This document shows, in pieces, positions 5,642 to 9,463 of a stretch of DNA of 9,463 nucleotides. The position numbers were made by a program, and so were the translations under genes. How positions within the stretch are numbered: the stretch's first letter is position 1; every line of letters starts with the position of its first letter. The notes beneath the pieces were generated by a model. The model searched no databases and was not told the DNA's origin. It was given only the letters and a program-made list of their open reading frames with translations. The stretch lies in contig JAEOSI010000074.1 in assembly GCA_016840425.1 (NCBI GenBank), forward strand, positions 1 through 9,463, read 5' to 3'. This stretch comes from Candidatus Wukongarchaeum yapensis (GTDB lineage Archaea; Asgardarchaeota; Wukongarchaeia; Wukongarchaeales; Wukongarchaeaceae).

Positions 5642-6253
5642 GTGAATCGGATGATCATGGCCTTGTTCATATGCTTTCTCGTGACAGGAAACATTTTTTT
5701 ACAAAATAGTAGCACTTCTAACTTTCAAGCAGTTAGTACAAGACAAACATTAGACATCCCCTTTCTGTCTTTAATGAAAACTTCTAATTCAACCTCGCCT
5801 GTTATGGGAGACATCGTAGTGATCCGGGTCAGTATCACTAATCATGGAAACTTTTCTGCAAGAAACGTTAACTGTACGGATCCGCCTTACCCTTCTTGGT
5901 TGTTTAAGGTCACTGGGAATCTCTGGCATTTCTACAAAGAGATCGCGGTAAATCAGACAGTTAATTATACGGTCGTCTTAGAAGCGATTAACGCTGGAAA
6001 TTATACCCTTCTGCCTTCGGAAGCCACATATTATAACGCTTCAGGGTCCACGATCTATAACGCTTTTTCCAACAGTCTCAAAATAAGAGTGTTGCTGGAA
6101 GAACCTGAGCCTCCTAAAGATTTCACCGAAGAATGGTATACTGTAGGCATTATTATGACGATCACAATTATGATATCGATAGTCCTACTATTTTTCTTTG
6201 AATTTCAAGCCTCAGGTTTGAAAATAAAAATCAGGAAAAAAAAGAAGAGATAG
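5642..6253 (+). CDS. TRAP-beta (SSR2)-like / BatD-DUF11-type Ig-fold type I membrane protein
   Basis: N-terminal hydrophobic signal segment, a beta-rich ectodomain with 8 N-X-S/T sequons, one C-terminal TM helix (WYTVGIIMTITIMISIVLLFFF) and a basic tail. By-eye match to human SSR2 as recalled: ITNHGNFSARNV vs IYNVGSSAALDV, IAVNQTVNYTVVL vs IAPASNVSHTVVL, WYTVGIIMT vs WAAFGVMT. Confidence 0.7.
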   Translation: MNRMIMALFICFLVTGNIFLQNSSTSNFQAVSTRQTLDIPFLSLMKTSNSTSPVMGDIVVIRVSITNHGNFSARNVNCTDPPYPSWLFKVTGNLWHFYKEIAVNQTVNYTVVLEAINAGNYTLLPSEATYYNASGSTIYNAFSNSLKIRVLLEEPEPPKDFTEEWYTVGIIMTITIMISIVLLFFFEFQASGLKIKIRKKKKR

Positions 6254-6414
6254 CAAATTAATACGACGAAACTAATTAATAACATATCATTTTTTATACA
6301 TTTAACTTCAATATTCACCATATTTGATTGATTCAATTTTTAGGTAATTTCTAAACCTTTTTCAATAATAAACCTAGGAAATCTTAAGGTTTTAAAGGAG
6401 ACGTAGATGATCTT

Positions 6415-7368
6415 ATGACACTTCGAGACATATTTGAAAAGAAGAAAAAGCCGAAATTTCTTTTTTTCGGCGGTAAAGGTGGCGTGGGTAAAACTTCCTG
6501 TTCAGCCGCAGCAGCACTTTACGCAGCTGAACAAGGTATTAGCACACTAATCCTTTCAACAGATCCCGCCCACTCATTAGGCGACTCTTTTCAGCAAAAA
6601 CTTAGCGGCAATCCTACCCCCATTGAAGGAGTGCCTAATCTAGAGGCTATAGAGTTTGATGTAAAGCAGAGTATGAAGGAGGCTGAAGATAAGTTAAGGA
6701 GCAGCGAGGAAACTTCTGAGGTCATGGCTCAGGCTGAAATGCTTGGTGTTACTGAAATGTTTGATACGACACCCCCCGGAGCTGACGAAGCTTTAGCTTT
6801 TAGCAAAATACTTGACTACATCGATGAACCAACCCATGAACTCATAATCTTCGACACGGCTCCCACGGGGCACACCTTAAGATTTCTTTCGCTTCCTGAC
6901 GTTTTTGATTCTTGGATAGGTAAGCTTATAATGCTTAGAATGCGCCTTTCAAGCTTTATAGGCACCATAAAAAAATTTTTTGGCCGTGGTGATGAAAAAG
7001 ACACTAGTCTCGAACAGTTAAAGCTCTTTAAAAAGCGTATCGAGGCTGCAAGACCTGAACTTAGTGATCCTAACAAAACCGAGTTCATACCTGTGCTTAT
7101 ACCCGCCCAGATGGCGATTTTTGAAACTGAGAGGCTATTACAAGCGTTATATGAATACGAAATACCTGTAAAACACGTAGTGGTCAACATGATAGCTCCC
7201 GATTCCCAAGATTGTGCTTTTTGTATGGCTCGGAAAAAAGTGCAGTCAGAATCCATACAAACTATAAAAGAGTATTATGAGGATTTTATACTCACGGAAG
7301 TTCCGCTTTTTGATACAGAAGTACAAGGTTTAGAAATGCTCCGTAAAGTAGCAAAAATCCTTTTTTGA
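6415..7368 (+). CDS. get3: Get3/TRC40-like (single-domain ArsA family) ATPase
   Basis: Deviant Walker A GKGGVGKT, STDPAHS, PGADEALAF, DTAPTGHTLRFL, FETERLLQAL and a CAFC (CxxC) motif followed by YEDF...PL...EVQG as in Get3/TRC40. Single ATPase domain, not the duplicated ArsA architecture. Confidence 0.88.
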   Translation: MTLRDIFEKKKKPKFLFFGGKGGVGKTSCSAAAALYAAEQGISTLILSTDPAHSLGDSFQQKLSGNPTPIEGVPNLEAIEFDVKQSMKEAEDKLRSSEETSEVMAQAEMLGVTEMFDTTPPGADEALAFSKILDYIDEPTHELIIFDTAPTGHTLRFLSLPDVFDSWIGKLIMLRMRLSSFIGTIKKFFGRGDEKDTSLEQLKLFKKRIEAARPELSDPNKTEFIPVLIPAQMAIFETERLLQALYEYEIPVKHVVVNMIAPDSQDCAFCMARKKVQSESIQTIKEYYEDFILTEVPLFDTEVQGLEMLRKVAKILF

Positions 7369-7460
7369 TGAAATAAAATTAAAAATTATTACACATTATT
7401 TTTTGTTAGGAAATATTATAGAACTCTTTTAACAATGATCATGGTGAGGCTGGCATTAGG

Positions 7461-7787
7461 ATGTCCGTTCCAGAGCAAATGCCATTATTACGTGTAGAAA
7501 AAGCTTTAGGCAAAATTTTGAAATCATTACTTTTCTCTAACAAGGAAATGAATAAAGAAGGGTTTGATGAACTCCAAAAAGAAATAGGTGAAATGATACT
7601 CAAAAAAGACATTTCCTATTTAGGACAGGTAAAAGAAAAGATTTCAAGAACAGAAGAAGAGATAAAAGAAGAAAGTCTATCTCAAGATGTTTATCAAGAG
7701 ATTTTAGCATCAATAAGCATCTCAATGATTGAAAGTATTGAACACCTTATATCCTGTGCTATGAACTATCTAACACGAGCTCAATAA
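7461..7787 (+). CDS. Hypothetical 108-aa, predicted all-helical soluble protein
   Basis: Fills the gap between the Get3-like and beta-CASP genes on the same strand. SD GGTGAGG at 7443-7449. E/K/I/L-rich amphipathic pattern with no recognisable motif. Confidence 0.75.
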   Translation: MSVPEQMPLLRVEKALGKILKSLLFSNKEMNKEGFDELQKEIGEMILKKDISYLGQVKEKISRTEEEIKEESLSQDVYQEILASISISMIESIEHLISCAMNYLTRAQ

Positions 7788-7858
7788 TCTTAGATTTTTC
7801 ATCAAGTTAAGATATTTTTGAATAGAATATTGTAATTCTATTACGGGGCTGAGAAGAA

Positions 7859-9256
7859 GTGATTTTAAGGTTTTTAGGCGGCGCCCAAGAAGTAGGAAGA
7901 TCCTGCATCTATGTAGAAACTAAAAACACTCGTTTTCTTTTTGACGCTGGCATAATGGTTGGCCAAACCGAAGGAAAAGAGGGAGGAATAGAGAAGAAGG
8001 GAGATATTTATCCTAGAGTAGAAAGTATTGATGAACTTGAAGCTCTGATACTTAGCCACGCCCATTTAGATCATAGTGGGTATGTTCCCCGCTTAGTTAA
8101 AGATTTAAAGGTTCCCTTTTATGCTACGCCTCCGACTCAAGACATCTCTGAAAAGTTATGGATCGACCATATCAGATTAAGTAAAAACGAAAGCAAAGCT
8201 ACTAACGGTAGTGATGATGAATCTACGCTTTATGAGTTAAATGATGTGCATTTTGTGCGAAAATATGCCCAAGATATTCGATATCGTGTAAAGACTAAGA
8301 TAGGTAGAGGCGAAGAAAAGGACGAATTTTGGCTGTACAGAGCTGGTCACATACTTGGTTCATCGATGATAGGGTTAAGGGTAGGGGGTCCTGGGGGGAA
8401 AATACTCCTTTATACTAGTGACATAAACACACGCCACACTCGGACATTACACCAATTAGATCTTAATTTGCCTCCGATAAATTATCTCATCGTTGAAAGT
8501 ACTTATGGCGCGCCTTGGGATCAGCATCCAAGTTTAAAAAAGATGGAAAAAGAGTTTTTAAAAGCTATAAAAACGACTATCGATGAGGGAGGAAAAGTCA
8601 TTATACCGGTTTTTGCTGTGGGACGTGCTCAAGAAGTTATGCTAACCATCGAAGCTTACATAAGTAGCAAATATCTCCAAGAAGTCCCGGTATTTATTGA
8701 CGGTATGATTCGCAAAATCAACAAGATTTATACACTCTATTGGGAATGGTTACGCCCAGAAATCCAAAAATCTATAAGATATACAGGGAAAAATCCGTTT
8801 AAGTCAAACATCTTTAGAACAGTCACTGATCGTGATGAACCTTTAAAAGAAGGAGAGCCTTGTATCATAACAACAACAAGCGGCATGCTTGAAGGAGGTC
8901 CTGTTATCCACTATCTCGAACATTTAGCCTCTGATCCCAAAAATTTAATCGCGCTTACAGGCTATCAAGTACAAGGTTCGCGCGGCCGCTCGCTTATGGA
9001 TGGAAAAAAAACTATTCAGTTGCCTAGCGGAGAAACAGTTAAGATTGAGAGCGAAGTAAAATTTTTTGATTTTAGCGCCCACGCTGACCAAGGTGGGCTT
9101 TTAAGATTTATATCCTCCTTAAAAAATTTAGAGCAGGTTTACATCGTTCATGGTGAAGGAAACAAACCCAAGCTTCTTGCTGAAAAAATAGAAGAAATAA
9201 GTGGCGCTGAAGTTTTTGTGCCTGGAATATGCGATCAATTTGATACAAAACGATAA
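7859..9256 (+). CDS. Metallo-beta-lactamase beta-CASP ribonuclease (CPSF73/aCPSF family, no N-terminal KH domains)
   Basis: GGAQEVGRSC, FDAG, HAHLDHSG, AGHILGS, YTSD, ESTYG, PVFAVGRAQE, SGMLEGG, FSAHAD and VHGE motifs. The protein starts directly at the MBL domain. GTG start. Confidence 0.92.
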   Translation: MILRFLGGAQEVGRSCIYVETKNTRFLFDAGIMVGQTEGKEGGIEKKGDIYPRVESIDELEALILSHAHLDHSGYVPRLVKDLKVPFYATPPTQDISEKLWIDHIRLSKNESKATNGSDDESTLYELNDVHFVRKYAQDIRYRVKTKIGRGEEKDEFWLYRAGHILGSSMIGLRVGGPGGKILLYTSDINTRHTRTLHQLDLNLPPINYLIVESTYGAPWDQHPSLKKMEKEFLKAIKTTIDEGGKVIIPVFAVGRAQEVMLTIEAYISSKYLQEVPVFIDGMIRKINKIYTLYWEWLRPEIQKSIRYTGKNPFKSNIFRTVTDRDEPLKEGEPCIITTTSGMLEGGPVIHYLEHLASDPKNLIALTGYQVQGSRGRSLMDGKKTIQLPSGETVKIESEVKFFDFSAHADQGGLLRFISSLKNLEQVYIVHGEGNKPKLLAEKIEEISGAEVFVPGICDQFDTKR

Positions 9257-9363
9257 AAATAACAAAAGATTTTACTTTCTCTTACCTATCCATAATTCAT
9301 ATCGTTCTTTTAAAAGCTCTAGTAAGCCCAAAACTTAAAAAAAAGAATGAAGGTAGACAAATA

Positions 9364-9463
9364 ATGGTTTTGGAAAAAAGACTTCGTTTATTATTTACAG
9401 AAAAAGCCCCAGAAGAAACTGCTTTAATAAACCCTGAAACAATTGAAGAGCTAAGGATAGAGG
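9364..9463 (+). CDS. Truncated ORF (MVLEKRLRLLFTEKAPEETALINPETIEELRIE...), possibly double-psi beta-barrel / Cdc48-N-like
   Basis: ATG9364 with GAAGGT about 9 nt upstream, open to the window end. The A-L-I-N-P-E-x-x-x-E-L-x-I pattern resembles DPBB domains. Only 33 codons are visible. Confidence 0.5.
   Translation, partial: MVLEKRLRLLFTEKAPEETALINPETIEELRIE

Noticed and set aside
6336-6394. Short inverted repeats AAACCT..AGGTTT and AGGT..ACCT upstream of the Get3-like gene
   Set aside because: Only 4-6 bp arms in AT-rich DNA and not repeated before other genes in the window. Cannot be distinguished from chance.
6407-6418. Three-codon minigene ATG ATC TTA TGA whose stop overlaps the Get3 ATG (ATGA)
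   Set aside because: Such overlaps arise easily by chance. The GGAG at 6397-6400 can serve ATG6415 directly.
6816-7256. 146-aa - strand ORF
   Set aside because: Entirely antisense to the well-supported Get3-like gene, with no motif.
6415-7368. Arsenic-resistance (ArsA pump) interpretation
   Set aside because: Single-domain protein with Get3-type CxxC and Met-rich insert. No arsB/acr3/arsD/arsR in the window.
7874-8065. 63-aa - strand ORF
   Set aside because: Antisense shadow within the beta-CASP gene.
9347-9364. Five-codon uORF MKVDK* overlapping the next start as TAATG
   Set aside because: It contains the SD-like GAAGGT of the downstream ORF and is easily explained by chance.
1-9463. tRNA/rRNA genes, CRISPR arrays, IS elements, and a dpd-type DNA-modification island suggested by the que genes
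   Set aside because: No cloverleaf or T-loop signature, no regularly spaced repeats, no transposase or terminal inverted repeats, and no dpdA/TGT-like, helicase or integrase genes are visible.

Overview
Gene-dense, AT-rich archaeal window, most likely from an Asgard archaeon. This is inferred from a Rab-like small GTPase, a TRAP-beta/SSR2-like membrane protein and a CxxC...HGxxxH Zn-motif protein; no phylogeny was run. Left part (32-3279): the complete GTP-to-preQ0 (7-cyano-7-deazaguanine) pathway, with queC on + converging on a queE-mptA(folE2)-queD run on -. QueE has an atypical CX13CX2C radical-SAM motif, and a candidate two-state RNA structure lies upstream of it. Middle (3438-5262, - strand): a stand-alone CBS-pair protein with a possible 5' frameshift, then an apparent two-gene operon of a Rab-like GTPase and a Zn-motif protein with a possible longin/profilin-like domain. 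Right part (5642-9463, + strand, divergent from the GTPase): a TRAP-beta-like type I membrane glycoprotein, a Get3/TRC40-like ATPase, a 108-aa helical orphan, a KH-less beta-CASP ribonuclease and the start of a truncated ORF. The most interesting signal is the clustering of eukaryote-like membrane-protein biogenesis and trafficking components (Rab-like GTPase plus partner, TRAP-beta, Get3) around one divergent promoter region. No tRNA, rRNA, CRISPR array or mobile element was seen. All family calls come from motif recognition and remembered reference sequences, not database searches.
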